Assembly: GCA_905178155.1 (NCBI GenBank) | Contig: CAJINV010000003.1 | Coordinates: 2,127,065 to 2,191,064 of the forward strand | Source: Amoebophrya sp. A120 | Lineage: Eukaryota; Protista; Dinoflagellata | DNA: 64,000 bases | Direction: 5' to 3' | Notes under the pieces: generated by a model | The model's input: the letters and a program-made list of their open reading frames with translations, nothing else | Told to the model about the DNA's origin: nothing | Database searches by the model: none | In this document: positions 34,850 through 46,601 of the stretch, in pieces | How positions within the stretch are numbered: position 1 is the stretch's first letter | How the letters are laid out: each line of letters begins with the position of its first letter | Translations under genes and position numbers: made by a program

Positions 34850-35820
34850 GTGGGTGGCAGGTCACTATCTTTCTATGGCTCTGGATCGGCGGCACCAGGG
34901 CTAGAAGCTACTAGATGGAGCCTAACCTCCCCACTAAGCGATAGCAGGGGTAATGCCTGTCCGAACGGGAGCACCCGTTCAATACAAACCTAAGTTATCA
35001 GTTTTCTACGGTTATGGGCTCATAAGACTTTTCCTCTAGGCTCATAGGGAGCTCAGCGTGCTGTTGCTCGGTTGCGGTGAATGCTTAGCCCGCTGGATAA
35101 AATATGATTTTCGACAACAGTTGCTAGCCGTTATAAAAGCACTCTACTAGAATGAAACACGATTTCCGGATCTCAAACGACTTCGACTTTTATCTGTCAC
35201 TTCATTCGAATCGAAAACAAAAACAAAAACAACTACCCCTCCGAGGACCGAGATTTTATTTTCACCGAGCGCATACAAGCACTTGCACATTTTAGGCCGA
35301 TCCGCACGGCGTCCTTCTCGTCGTTCTCCCAACTCATACAAAAGTCGAATATTAATCGAGGGGGCGCTACGCGGAGTGCTATTCTAGTGCTCGGACCTAA
35401 AAGGGAGCCACGGGCTGACATGCTTCTTTGCAGGTTTAGGGACTTTCGATCATATATCATCACCAAGCACTGGTGTAAGACTATAGTAATTTTCGATCGT
35501 GCTTTCCTGCTCCCCCCGCGAATCCCCCGGCCGGCACCGCAACCACCGGCACAACGGCAGAGCGTGGGATGTTGGTATTCTAAGCCCAGCGGTGCTGTGG
35601 CATAAGTTAAGGTCATCCCGTGCTAGTTGTACTCCTTACGGTGTGTTAATAACTATGATAGTTATCGCCTGGCGCAACAGGCGGAACTGGTAAATTCTAA
35701 CTGTCGAAAGTTTAAGCTTGGTCTGAACACCGCGGAGGTTTAGCTTATTCTTATCATAATTATGAATATCTTCTATATATGCCGCTACTACATTAATTGC
35801 TACTCTTGCCTGCCACCCAC
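34850..35820 (+). ncRNA. Candidate large structured RNA, module B (~970 nt), diverged copy of module A
   Basis: Ends pair (gtgggtggcagg 34850-61 / cctgccacccac 35809-20). Conserved blocks occur in the same order as in A, with unalignable AT-rich linkers. Confidence 0.65.
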
Positions 35821-37166
35821 AGTATACGACATGTGCCTTCCTCAAAACCTCAAACTGCCGCACGGGGGTGCAGCCCGCGCGGCATCCTCGGGTGGCGCGC
35901 CTGGTACGGAAACCCCGCCGCCGTGTGTGTCGTGTCCGCCCTGGTCGACTTCTGTGACCGTGCGTGCAGAGGATGGAATGTTGCTGCTGTGCTCCCGTGA
36001 CGGTAAGGGCCGGGCGCCACGCGCCCGCCTCCGGCTTCGTAGCAGACGGGACCCGCATGTTGCAGGTAAATGGCACCGATGTCATCGCAAGATTCTCCGC
36101 ACCCCCCAGGGCTATATTGCGTCGGTGCCCATGCTCCGCGTCTACCGTGGCGGACATGTGATGCTTGCCCGCAGAGACCATCGGTTTGTGGTCTGCTCCC
36201 CTAAAGGGGTAGATTTCGCCGGTACTCGGTCACAGGGAACTCCAAACCCGGTGGGTCGACGCGGGGACTATTATCGGTTTGAATCTACTGGATCCTGAAC
36301 TTGTTTCCACTACTTTTTATCTCGATCTATTCCATCTTAAGTACTTACATACTTTTATGAAAGTTTCATTGAAAACTCGGCATTCCAAAATAAATTTTTT
36401 GTATCAACAGTCGAAATCGAAATCCATGCAGTTTTATTTTCTCAGAACGTCAAAAAAAGGATCGACGACGTTTTTGCTCTCCTACTTCCCGTTCAGATTG
36501 CGCCGCTTTTTTCGGTATTTTCACCGTTGTTCCAAGACCAATCCAATGATCTGATTCGAACCGAGTCGGTCGTGCTACTGGTGCCGAGATGTGATGAACA
36601 AATGTTGGCTCACCTGCGCTTTCAAGTCCCGGACTCTCAGCCTTGAGGGGCGGACGAGAAATAACTATGCGCACGTAAACTCTAGATACTAACATGGTTC
36701 AACAGCTTCTTTTTCTTTGCGCGTGGGAGGACTTGATTTTAGGTTGTAGAAAAAGTACGTACAGAAAATCGCAATCACCTTCTTCGATACTGAAAGATGA
36801 GGTGACTGATGCAGATGCCTCTTACATGCTTCGCGCCTCGACGAAAACATGCAAGGAGGGGGGTGAGACCAAAAGAGTTGATCGATAAGTTCTTCTATTG
36901 AACCACTCAAAAGCCTAATTCTACTGGGTCGCGACGGTGACATGTAGTACGGAAATGGAAAACCGTATTCGCTACAACAGCGCCGTAATTTTTTTGCAAG
37001 GATTGCATGTACATTTGGCGATGTACTACACTAAGCTTGGCCGCGTCAAGCTTGATCATTTTTACTCGTAAAGCTACTGGCTATACGTTTTTCAATATTC
37101 ATTTATCTTCATGATTCTTTCGAGCGTTTCGTAAACAAGTGACTTCATTTTGGTACAGGTTCTCGC

Positions 37167-40100
37167 CTAGCAAGCCGCAAACACCGCAAATAGTAATGCA
37201 GCTGCGAACGCGTACGTAGCAACAAAGACCGCGTAAAAGGAAAAGTCTCTGCTGTTGTCTTGCTGCCGGCCAAATTCGTTGTGTCGTTCAAGACTTTCCA
37301 CGACCCAATCTCCGACGTGCGTCAGCGGAGCGGATGGTGGCAGCGGAATGTTTTCCCCGCGGACCTCCTTTTCCAGCTCAGTCCAGCGAGCGAGGTGCAC
37401 GATCCTGGACCTGCTCGTGGGAGCCTCGGGCGTCGTCCCTTGGTAGTTGCCGCGTGACCGAGAAAAGAGTGTCATCGAGCTTCTGCGTGCGAGGTTTGTT
37501 TGTGGTTGCCGTGTGAAAATGCCTTCCGCGAGACCCACGTCGTCCGTCGAGAATAGCAGACAGCGCCCCTGCGAAGTAGAATAAAGAGAGAATCGACAAC
37601 CGAAATCTTCCTTCCGACGACCAGCATGCCAGGTCTGCTGACACACGGACGCGCAAACTGTCGGCGACGGTTCCGCGACCGCGTCTTGCTGCTCCCCGGC
37701 CGGGGTTCCCTGCGTAGTTGCAGATGAAACCTTTAGAGAAATCATGCACAACGACGTGCGCCCCTCTTCCCCCGCCTGCGCGTGGCCTCGTACTTGCGTC
37801 GCGTAGTGGTAAACTTCGAGGCCCTCCGCCTTCACAGAGTTGCCCCGAAAGGAGAAGGCTCGATCGTCTTGCGTCAAAAAGTTTTTGCATTGAAGCCGGT
37901 GCCGCTGGAGCACTTGACTGGGATCCGTCTGTCGAGCTGGGCGCGGTTGTTGTCGATCGGGGGAGGTGCTGGGAAAAGTTGAAAACACAAGCGCAAGCTG
38001 CAGTTTTCCGCTGGGTGTACTATCTGGCCGCGGCGCTGGCGGCGACAATTGCACTACACTTGAGGTAGACAATGCCCATACCGGTTGCCTGATGTCATCC
38101 TGCAAGTTGATAACGCTTTGCCCAGGCCCGTGATATTGCGTTTCGTAGCCCCACATCGCCTGCCACGTGCGATTGTCGCAGTTGATGTGCCAAACGCAAT
38201 TAATCACGTTAGGTCGGACAAAAATGACGGGAACGAGTGCCGGCAGCATGAGGGCAAGCAGAACCGCTATCAGTACCCAATTGCGGCGCCGGTTATACCG
38301 CAAAAAAATAGAATCCGTTCCTGCTGCAGTCGACGTGGCCTTCTTGCTTACGCAGAGACTAGGTAGCATGCCCGCACGGAGCCTGCTCTTTTGGGAAAGC
38401 GCTGCAGCCAGCAGAAGCCCGAAAAACGCCTGATTCAAAAATATTAACGCGTTGTCGTAGTTTTGGGTTCGCGGTCCGATTTCCGCTCCCGTCTCGATGT
38501 CGTCGCGGCCGAAGTATACCCGAAAGTAGCCGACGGAATCGCACAGGTTCGCATACAGGTAGGGCACAGCCAAGGTACACATGCCTGCGCTGACCGCTAA
38601 GCCTAGTCGCCACAAAAAATGCCGATGCAGAAACCCGCATTGTGGCGGCGGCACCACAACCGGTTTTCGTGGCAATTGGCAGTCTGCGCTGCAGCTCCGC
38701 GACAGAGCCTTGTGGACTTCTTTGTTTTCATTTTTCGACACTTGTTCAGCTTTAACAGAAATTGTACTATCAGGCGACCCTTTATTCACAGCTGTCTCGT
38801 TCTCCGCTCCCCGTCGCGGCGTTGTCAGATGGCTCTCGGCGGGCTCCGCGAGTGTCATAGCCCAGGGCACGAGCGTCGTAAGGAAGGCGTCTGCGTAGAA
38901 CCAGGCCGCCATGGGAGCGAAGGCGTTGGAGAGGAGCATCAGCACCTTCATGGTGAGCACCCAGACGATGCCGAAACTGATAAACCACAAGAAAATGCGC
39001 ATGCTGGTCTCCAACGCGCAACGGCCCTCGAGGAGCAGCGCGACAATTGCCGCAATGCCGTCCTCGTGCGCTTCGCCGTCCTCCTCGCACGGCGGGCGAC
39101 TCCTCACCATGAAAGGCGCAACGACCGACTGATTGCTGCTTTGCTCCTCATCGTCGTCCTTGTGATCGGTTTTCTTTGCGTAACCGTGGATGAGTGCCAC
39201 GCCGATGTCCGCTTGCTTGAGCGCGACCGTGTCGTTACCCCCGTCGCCGACCATGCCGACCAAACCGTCCCTTTCCGTCTGCTGGATGTGCAAGATCAAC
39301 CGCTTCTTGCCGTCCGGTTTCACGCGCCCGAACACCTTGACCCGCTTCATAAACCAGGTGGGAAACGCTCCCTGCGGCGCCAGCTGCAACAAGTGGTCGT
39401 ACGCCCGCTCGGTCAGTGCCAGATCAGGGCAGTTTTCCCCGCAGTTGGCGCCCTGCGCCCGGATCCACGAGATAAAGTCGGCGTGCCTTTTCGGAAAAGT
39501 TTCCGCGAGGGCAAAAGAGGAATCTTCTTCGTTCTGCTCGCGCGCCACGTGTTCCCAGTGCACGTCAGGGAGACCTAAATTTAGTACCTTTTCATCACAA
39601 ACGAGATCCCCGACGAAAATCCTCTTGGTGTCGTCTAGTAGTTGGCACTCGCGCGCCGCAGTGACGCCCGTGTGCACGGCGTCTCCCGTGATCATGACGC
39701 AGTTCACCCCGAACCGCTTCTGCAGCCGGTCGATGACGTACTTGCTTTCCCGCTTGATGCGATTCTGGAAGAGCATCAGCCCGAGAAACTCCAAATCGCA
39801 CTCCACCTCGTCGCGGTCCATTTTTCTGTGGGATTCTGCGATCGCGGAAGGATTCTGCTCCTGCTGGATCTTCGAGCAAGAAATCGCTGCAGAAGTGGGT
39901 TCTTCATCCAGTCGCCGCGTTGCCACCGCTATTACGTAGAAGCCCCGGTTGCTGTAGACCTTTGTCTGCGCGAACACGTCAGCTGGAATTGTTTCGGGTC
40001 GGCATGCGGCTGCAACGCGTTCCACGGACCCTTTGCAGAAAATCCTTCGGATTCCGCCAGCTTCTTCCACCAACACCGCTTGTCTCTGTCTTCGTTGATC

Positions 40101-43100
40101 AAATTGCCACTTTTGCAAAACGGTGACCTGCAACCGCTCGTGCACGACCTCGGAAGTTGTTATGCTAGTACTCGCTGTATGCAGCAAATTATGCGGGCAT
40201 GCATATCTGCGCACCGCCTCCGCAGCGTCAGCGGCCTCCTGCTGCTCCCTCTCAATCTCATCGGACCACGGACTTCTGCTGCCCGGAGACCGCTCCTCGA
40301 TAGTTCTAGCACCTTCGCCGGACTGCTCTGGCTCTGCGACTACTACTTCCCAGCTATGGAAGCGTCAGGTTTGAAATCGTCACAGTTGAAATAATTTGTA
40401 ATGCATAAAATGCGACACAAAAAGTGACTCTATTGCAGAGGACCCACGGGAGGCAGATTATAGTCCTTGTAAGGGTCAAAAGTTGGACTGCTAACTAGCA
40501 TGACAGAAGGCAGCTCTTTGGCCCTAAACCGCATGACAGACTCGCTTCCAGGACCGGGAAAATTTGTCATGCGCCGACTACAAACTGTAGGTCTAACTGG
40601 TATCCGTTTTATGCATGACAAACTATTTCAACTTTGACGATTTCAAACCTGACACATCCATACCAGCCGATGGCTTCGAACATGCTCTTCTCGACCGGGT
40701 TGCCGATGACCGTTCCGTCCGCTATATCCTGAGTAAAAACATCCCCACACCAGAGTCAACATGGGGACTTTGCAACACAAACCTAGGAGTTTTAGGAGTC
40801 ACGCACGACAAGTTTCAGTCCGTAAGGTAGTGCAAGTTAGCAAGGAAGGCCGCATCACAAATCGACCTTCTGATCCTGTTTACAGCATTACAAGTTCCCA
40901 AACACGACTGAAAATGCCTGTCATGGGGTTGCGCATCACAAATGTTCCTGTCGTGGCAAATCTGCATGACAACTCTGGGGTGGGGACGTTTTTACACAGG
41001 ATACGCCAACTGCGTCACCGAGTGGCAAGACGCCAGTGCAAGCAGCAGCTGCGGCGCCTCTGCGTGCAGCAATGCGTTGAACTCCGCCTTGTTCGCACCG
41101 TACAAGTGCTCGGCCGAGCCGTCCCCCTGCGAATCCACAACGCCCGCGAACTCCATGCCATCGTGCGTGAGCGTACCGGTCTTGTCAAAGCAAAACGTGG
41201 TGACGCGCCCCGCACGAGGAATGCGACTTGTGTCTACGCAAATCATGTTCACCTTCTGCTTTAGTCGCCGTGCGGCCGAAGTGCATGTATTCGAAAGAGA
41301 CACAGGCAAGAACGGGCTCACCAAATTGTTCATCGTTGTCAAAACCTGGGTGATCAGCAAAATTATCGCGCTGGGTGAGTTGCCGGCTTTCACGGCGAAG
41401 CATATCAGCACGAATGGACACCCGATTCCAAGCAGATACCGGAAAAAAATCCCCATTTCATCATCAAACTGGAAGCAATGGGGTTCCACCGTCTGCGCTT
41501 CCAAACCCACCACGTCCGCGTCGTGTACCTGGCAGATGGCAGAATTCTGGGAGGGGGCTCCTGTTTGTCTATTGCTCTTGATCGCATCTGATCGGGCAGA
41601 AAAAACGCCACTTCCTCCTCCTCCAGAAGCTCCAGTTGGGTCGTAATTTTGACCGCTGTACTCGTCTGGAACGCGAACGCCGCCTGAAGAGTGCAACAAA
41701 AGAGCGCGCTGTTCTTCACTCTGCTCGTGCAGTTGAAGATCCTTGTAGCTGGCGCTCGCGCTTAGCGAAAAGTTCTGGTGCGCCGCTGCGTCGCGCTCCA
41801 AATCTGTGTGAGAGGACATTTTTCGCAAGGACGACTCGGGGCAACATCCAGGGGACTGCGCGGTCCCGATGCTTACCCGGCTATCGCCGAACTTCTGCAA
41901 CCGCAAATTCGACGGAGGACTCGTGCTCATCATCTGGGGCGAGGATCGGTCCAGGGGCAATTTCAAACCGCTCCCGCTACCGTACTTCTGCACCGAGTCA
42001 GGTGCGGGGCTGTACAAGTTTTCCAGATTTGTACCCGCCGACGTGCTGCCCTGTAGTCCGTTTTCATCGCCTTCGTCAAGAAGAAGATCCTTGCGCAACA
42101 GCGGAGAAGACGGGTCTCCTTCCTCCATCTTCAGCTCAAAATTGATGGAGTCGTGCTCTTCCTTGAAATCCGTCGGACTACACACGGAAGATGATGCACC
42201 GTGACCGAAATCTTCTGACGCAAAACTCCCATAACTTCGGTGCTGGTGCTGCAGTATTCGAGCGTGTATTTGTTCTGCGGTCGCTTTCTGCTGGAAGTAC
42301 CGCGACGGCCCCTGCCGCATCTCGGAGGGAGACGTGACATTTGACTGCCCCACGATCCGCGGGTCATTCATGGTAATACCTGGGGAGGAAGCGAGCGGCG
42401 AGTAACCGCTTACCAGGCTGCACTTACTGCTTCTTTTACCCGTCGTGCGTCTGCGCGTCGCAGCGAGCTGCAGAGCCGAGTCTACTCGCGCGAGGAATGA
42501 AGACCTTTTGCGCTCCCGAAGGCACGACGACCCTCCCATATTGGTGCAGCTCTCCTTGCTGGTGCGGGGACTTTCTCGCATGTCCGCGAAGGAGGCCGTC
42601 ATCCCGTGGTCAACAAACCTAGGACTGCTCGCGCCGTGCGGGGAACACGCGTAGTACTCACTTTCCGCAATTTGCTCCTCGAGGTCCCCCATATGATGGT
42701 CCTCGTCCAGCAACGCTTGTGCGTCAGACCCTTCCAACAGCATTTGTCGTATGAGGCTGCCGCGCGTCGTGCCAACCCCGATCGCGTAAACCACGGCGAC
42801 ACCACCTCCGGAAAAAACTTGCGTGCCCGCGAACAGAATGTGCTGCTTCATGGAGGACAAGTCCGTCACGCGCTGCGGAGGTGCGGAAGTATTGTTGAAA
42901 GTAGTCGACATCATGTTCCTCGTGTTCGCTACCTGCATCATGTCGTCTCTCCTCCTGTCATCAGCCATCAACCCTACTTCTATCAACTCGCTCTTCTGTA
43001 CGCTGAACTTTTGCACGGGTGTCGCCTCCCCGGTCAGCGCGGCCTCGTTCATGATCAGGTTGTCACCCTGCACAAGAATGCAGTCGCAGGTCAAAGTCAT

Positions 43101-44785
43101 CCCCGTGTTCACACGAATGTGATCCCCGGGAACTAAGCACGTGGAGGAGACCTGCACGGGAGTTTTGGGAAACATGAGTCTATAGGAAAAGAGACAGATG
43201 AGAGACTTAATGTTTCTCGTGGAACGAACCACAACAGCACACAGTTTCGAAACAAATCGAATCACGTAAAAAATTTTTTTCATCAACAGCATCCTATAGT
43301 ACTAAGTAAATGCAAATCAGCATGTACCTCCATGGGTGTCGGCTCCGGGTAGATCCAGGATTCGCGGCCGTGGCGCAGTACCATGACTTCCGCGTTGTAC
43401 TTCGCTAGCCGGTGCACTTGCTGGAGGCTGTCGCGTTTGTTCCTGGCGTTCCACAGACCGCTCAGAACGAAGATGAACTCCCACACCAAGCCGATGTGCA
43501 GCTCCTCCACCGACGCCCAGAGCCAGAAAGACATCAACTGGAAAATGTAGAAGAAGCTGCCGGTGAACTCCTCGATGATGCAGGCGCCGAGCGTGGGCTC
43601 CGGCACCCCCTGGATCGCGTTTTCGCCGAAAAGCCGCTGCCGCGTGCCCACCACCTCGGAGTCGAGCGGTTTCAGCGGGCTGGGGAAATCTTTCTCAATT
43701 CGTTCCCTGTCTCGCATGCTCCCGCACGAAGTCAGTTCCGCGCAGGCTTGCAGCTGTCGGATGCAGGACAGGCTGGTCGGCGCCTTCACGAAGTCTCGCC
43801 TCGACGGCGACAGAACGTACCGCTCGCACAGATACCAGAAGAAGCGGTCGCCGGTGTCGGGGCAGTGTTCAACCCGGATGTACCGTGAGTCCGACGGGGC
43901 GAAGAACCGCGCGAGGCAGGACTTAGCGTCCTCCTCGTTCCTGGTTTTGCGGTACTGGATGGCCACCAGCTCCGCCCAGTCCAAGTTGTCGCATTTCCGG
44001 TAGAACCACGACCGCAAATCCAAGCAAAAAAATCCGATCAAAACCTGAATATAAGACGTTTCGATTTATTTCTCACTGCATGTTGATCCCTGTCATTAAC
44101 TACCACGGTTCATTTCAGAAGGTTCCTTGTGCTTTTTATCGGTGTGCAAGTTTTGGTGCTAACGTCGCGCTGTCAATTTCTTACTAGTCGTGGTGCTGGA
44201 AATCATAATGCCACTAGGCGTAAAACAAAGAAAAGCGTATTGTACCAGTTCTGCAATGCCCCAGAGGGATAGAAACACCGTACCCACACGCAAGGCAAAG
44301 GTTTCCTGGTCAGTAATGTAATGGGTCGAGACGCACCAATCGGGCCGCCTTTGTGCGTCGTAGAACACCGGCTCGGGGCAGAGCTCAAGGCCCCAGAGCC
44401 CGTTGAGAAGCGCCAACCCAATGTCCGTCTCGGTCCCGCAGTAGAACCCCAGCATGATCAGCGCGAGCGCCACTTGCAACAGGACGGCATAGCCCTGCCA
44501 GAAAAGGTACAGGGTCTTCCCAAGCGATGGAAAAACGTAGCCCTGAATCCTCCACGGGCGGTGCCTCGCGCCCGCCTCCAGCTTCTCCAGCATCGCGTTC
44601 GCGGCGGCGATGCGCTGCCTTTCACTCTCGTCCGCCGGCGGAGGGGGCAGTGGACGAACAGGCGCATCCTCCGCGGACGGGTAGCTCCTCGGACACCGGA
44701 CGAACCGGTACCAGTTGGTAAAGGCCAACAGAAATACCAGGACCGCGATCAGGCACCATGAGAAAGGGGAGATGAGATACAGCAT
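37167..44785 (-). CDS. P5-type (ATP13A-like, probably P5B) P-type ATPase, multi-exon, with long insertions
   Basis: Motifs LVPGD, NEAALTGEATPVQK, PFLP in TM4, CFDKTGTLT, GNPVEKSMFE, KGSVE, MITGD, GMVGDGGNDTVALKQADIG, EGRCAL. Exons approx. 44785-44246, 44044-43330, 43151-41005, 40724-40664, 40353-37167. Confidence 0.9.
40350..40667. mobile_element. Introner/MITE-like intron: ~55-bp imperfect terminal inverted repeats with a 5-bp direct repeat CCAGC
   Basis: IR 40355-40409 vs 40607-40662 (tatggaagcgtcaggtttgaaatcgtcacagttgaaata… / …tatttcaactttgacgatttcaaacctgacacatccata). CCAGC at 40350-54 and 40663-67. Interrupts the ATPase codons GGC TGG GAA. Confidence 0.9.
40720..41008. mobile_element. 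Second introner/MITE-like intron: ~32-bp imperfect inverted repeats with a 5-bp direct repeat cgcta/cgcca
   Basis: tatcctgagtaaaaacatccccacaccagagt (40725-56) vs actctggggtggggacgtttttacacaggata (40972-41003). Interrupts Q-L-A-D-G-T. Shares internal GCAT(G/C/T)ACA motifs with the neighbouring element. Confidence 0.85.
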
Positions 44786-46601
44786 GGTCGGCTAGGTAGC
44801 GAAATTAGAGAGCCTGCTCGGCGACCTCCTCGACTTCTTTGGCCGTTTCAAGTGTACAAACGTCAGAGTAGAGTGCTCCCTGCGCAGGAAACAGTCCAGG
44901 TGATGCAGCTTTCTGGATCGCCACCTACTGACTGTCGGAAGGAGTTTTCGTTTTTCGGCTCCCCGGGCGTCGTTACGCGTCGTCCTTCTTGTGGTTGTAG
45001 TCGGGGTCGTCCACATTCAACACAAGCTCCAGGCGTATCGCGCTTGTTCCGAAGCACGGCACCAGCGTCACTTGAAACGGGCCAGGTGGGGTGCCCCACT
45101 CTTTACTTTTCCTCTCCTCCCGCACGGCCATTACAACCATTCATTTTGTCTTCAGATACGGAAATCGGACACTGACAAGGAGGTCCGTGATCCCAGTTCC
45201 AGATGCAAGGCCCGACCGACCAAAAGTGAAGACTTATCCCGGCGTGAAGGGCTCTACACATTCCGCCCGAGATTCCGTCTCCTCCTCAACCACAGAAAAT
45301 AGATATAAACACAACGACTTCAATACCAGAGTTCACGGCGATAACATCGTGACTTGACAACTAATGAACTCTACTTCAGATAAATCATGTGACAGATCTA
45401 AACCAAAAAATTCGGGCTTTTTCTGGTGTCGAAACAATCGGACACCTTATGATCATGCATCTGCACTAAAACTATCCAACTGAGTGGGTATGCCTACGAC
45501 AAATCCTGTTCTATCAATTTCGAATAATCCAATGCAAAAATCGAAACAAAGCGCAAGACGAAATTTTGAATTTCGGATCCGCCTCTTCCTACGGTCTACT
45601 CACAGCCTCACGAGATCATCAGTTTGGTCAGCATGAGCACAAAGAAACTGCAAAGCCACGAATTCTGCTTTCCAGCTCCCAGCGTGCTCCTGCTGTGTTG
45701 CTTTGCATTTCAATTCCTTAGTTATCGCTTTACTTGAACCAGGAATTGAGATCATCGGGTAAAGTAGAAAACCTGAAACTGTGATCTTCGATCTGCTTTT
45801 TCACGCTTTCACGAGCAGTTGTGGAGGAACGGATCATCTTCCCTGTGACGAGAGTCAGCAGTCTAACTCCGATAGAATTGCGATCTTCCGCCGATTTTTT
45901 GACTGAACCTTCACGATCGATGGTACGTCGGAAGAAAACACGCCGATGAACCACAGTACGTGAGTGGATTCTGTCTTTGTCTGAGCGCTCAGCTCAACGA
46001 CATTGCTATGGGACTGGGAGGGAACGAAAAGCCAGTTACTTTAGAAAATTGGGGCTGTATGTATTTTGTGATCTGGTGCAGTGCTGGTGCAATTGCTCGC
46101 ACTTGTGAGGTCGCAATTGTTCCGATGTGCTACGCTTGCTTCTGTGGGGCAAGAGCAAGCACACATATCAACACTGCGATGCAGAAGAGGGATCGAACTA
46201 GCTAGTTGATGCTCTAGTAGTGGGGTGTGGAATTTCAGTAACATATCATCTCTTTTAATTTCGCTATACTTTTCAAAGGGAAAAAATCGAGCTTCGATTA
46301 GGCTTGTCATGATAAACAAAAAAAAAACTGTGGTGTAAGGTTCTATGCGCGTACGTGCTCTTGCGTGTCTTTTACCAAAACAAAAAAAATGACTTAAGTA
46401 CAAACTTATTTTACCATGGGCGAAAAAAATCATTGAAAAAAAAAAGAAAAAAGATAACGAACAAAAAGCATCATGAGTGGAAGCATCAATAAAGAAAAAC
46501 GTAAAAAAAAGTAAGAGGTGCATTTCTTGTCTCCTGTCTGATTATCGTACTTGACATTTGCCACATCCAACGGAACTGACAAAACAAGCCCAGATGTTTT
46601 T

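Larger units (their letters stand above)
33048..36266 (+). mobile_element. 3.2-kb non-autonomous insertion (element Y) with 26-bp TSD and (GTTCAA)3 at the left junction
   Basis: Flanked by identical actattatcggtttgaatctactgga (33022-33047, 36267-36292). gttcaagttcaagttcaagt at 33048-33067. No credible coding capacity. Strand inferred from G-U pairs only. Confidence 0.8.
31806..36314. repeat. Target-site sequence present three times plus a partial copy: 31806-31853, 33022-33047 (first 26 bp), 36267-36314; partial 31861-31880
   Basis: actattatcggtttgaatctactggatcctgaacttgtttcc(g/a)ctact read directly. The outer copies are 48 bp with one mismatch. Confidence 0.9.

Noticed and set aside
36210-36240. 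Minus-strand CTGTGA-CCG…CGG-CGAAA resembling a hammerhead core
   Set aside because: Lacks the CUGANGA consensus, and no stems I/III with an NUH site were found.
35762-36298. 178-aa plus-strand ORF at the end of element Y
   Set aside because: No recognisable motif, no counterpart after module A, and it runs out into the target duplication; the region is better explained by base-pairing.
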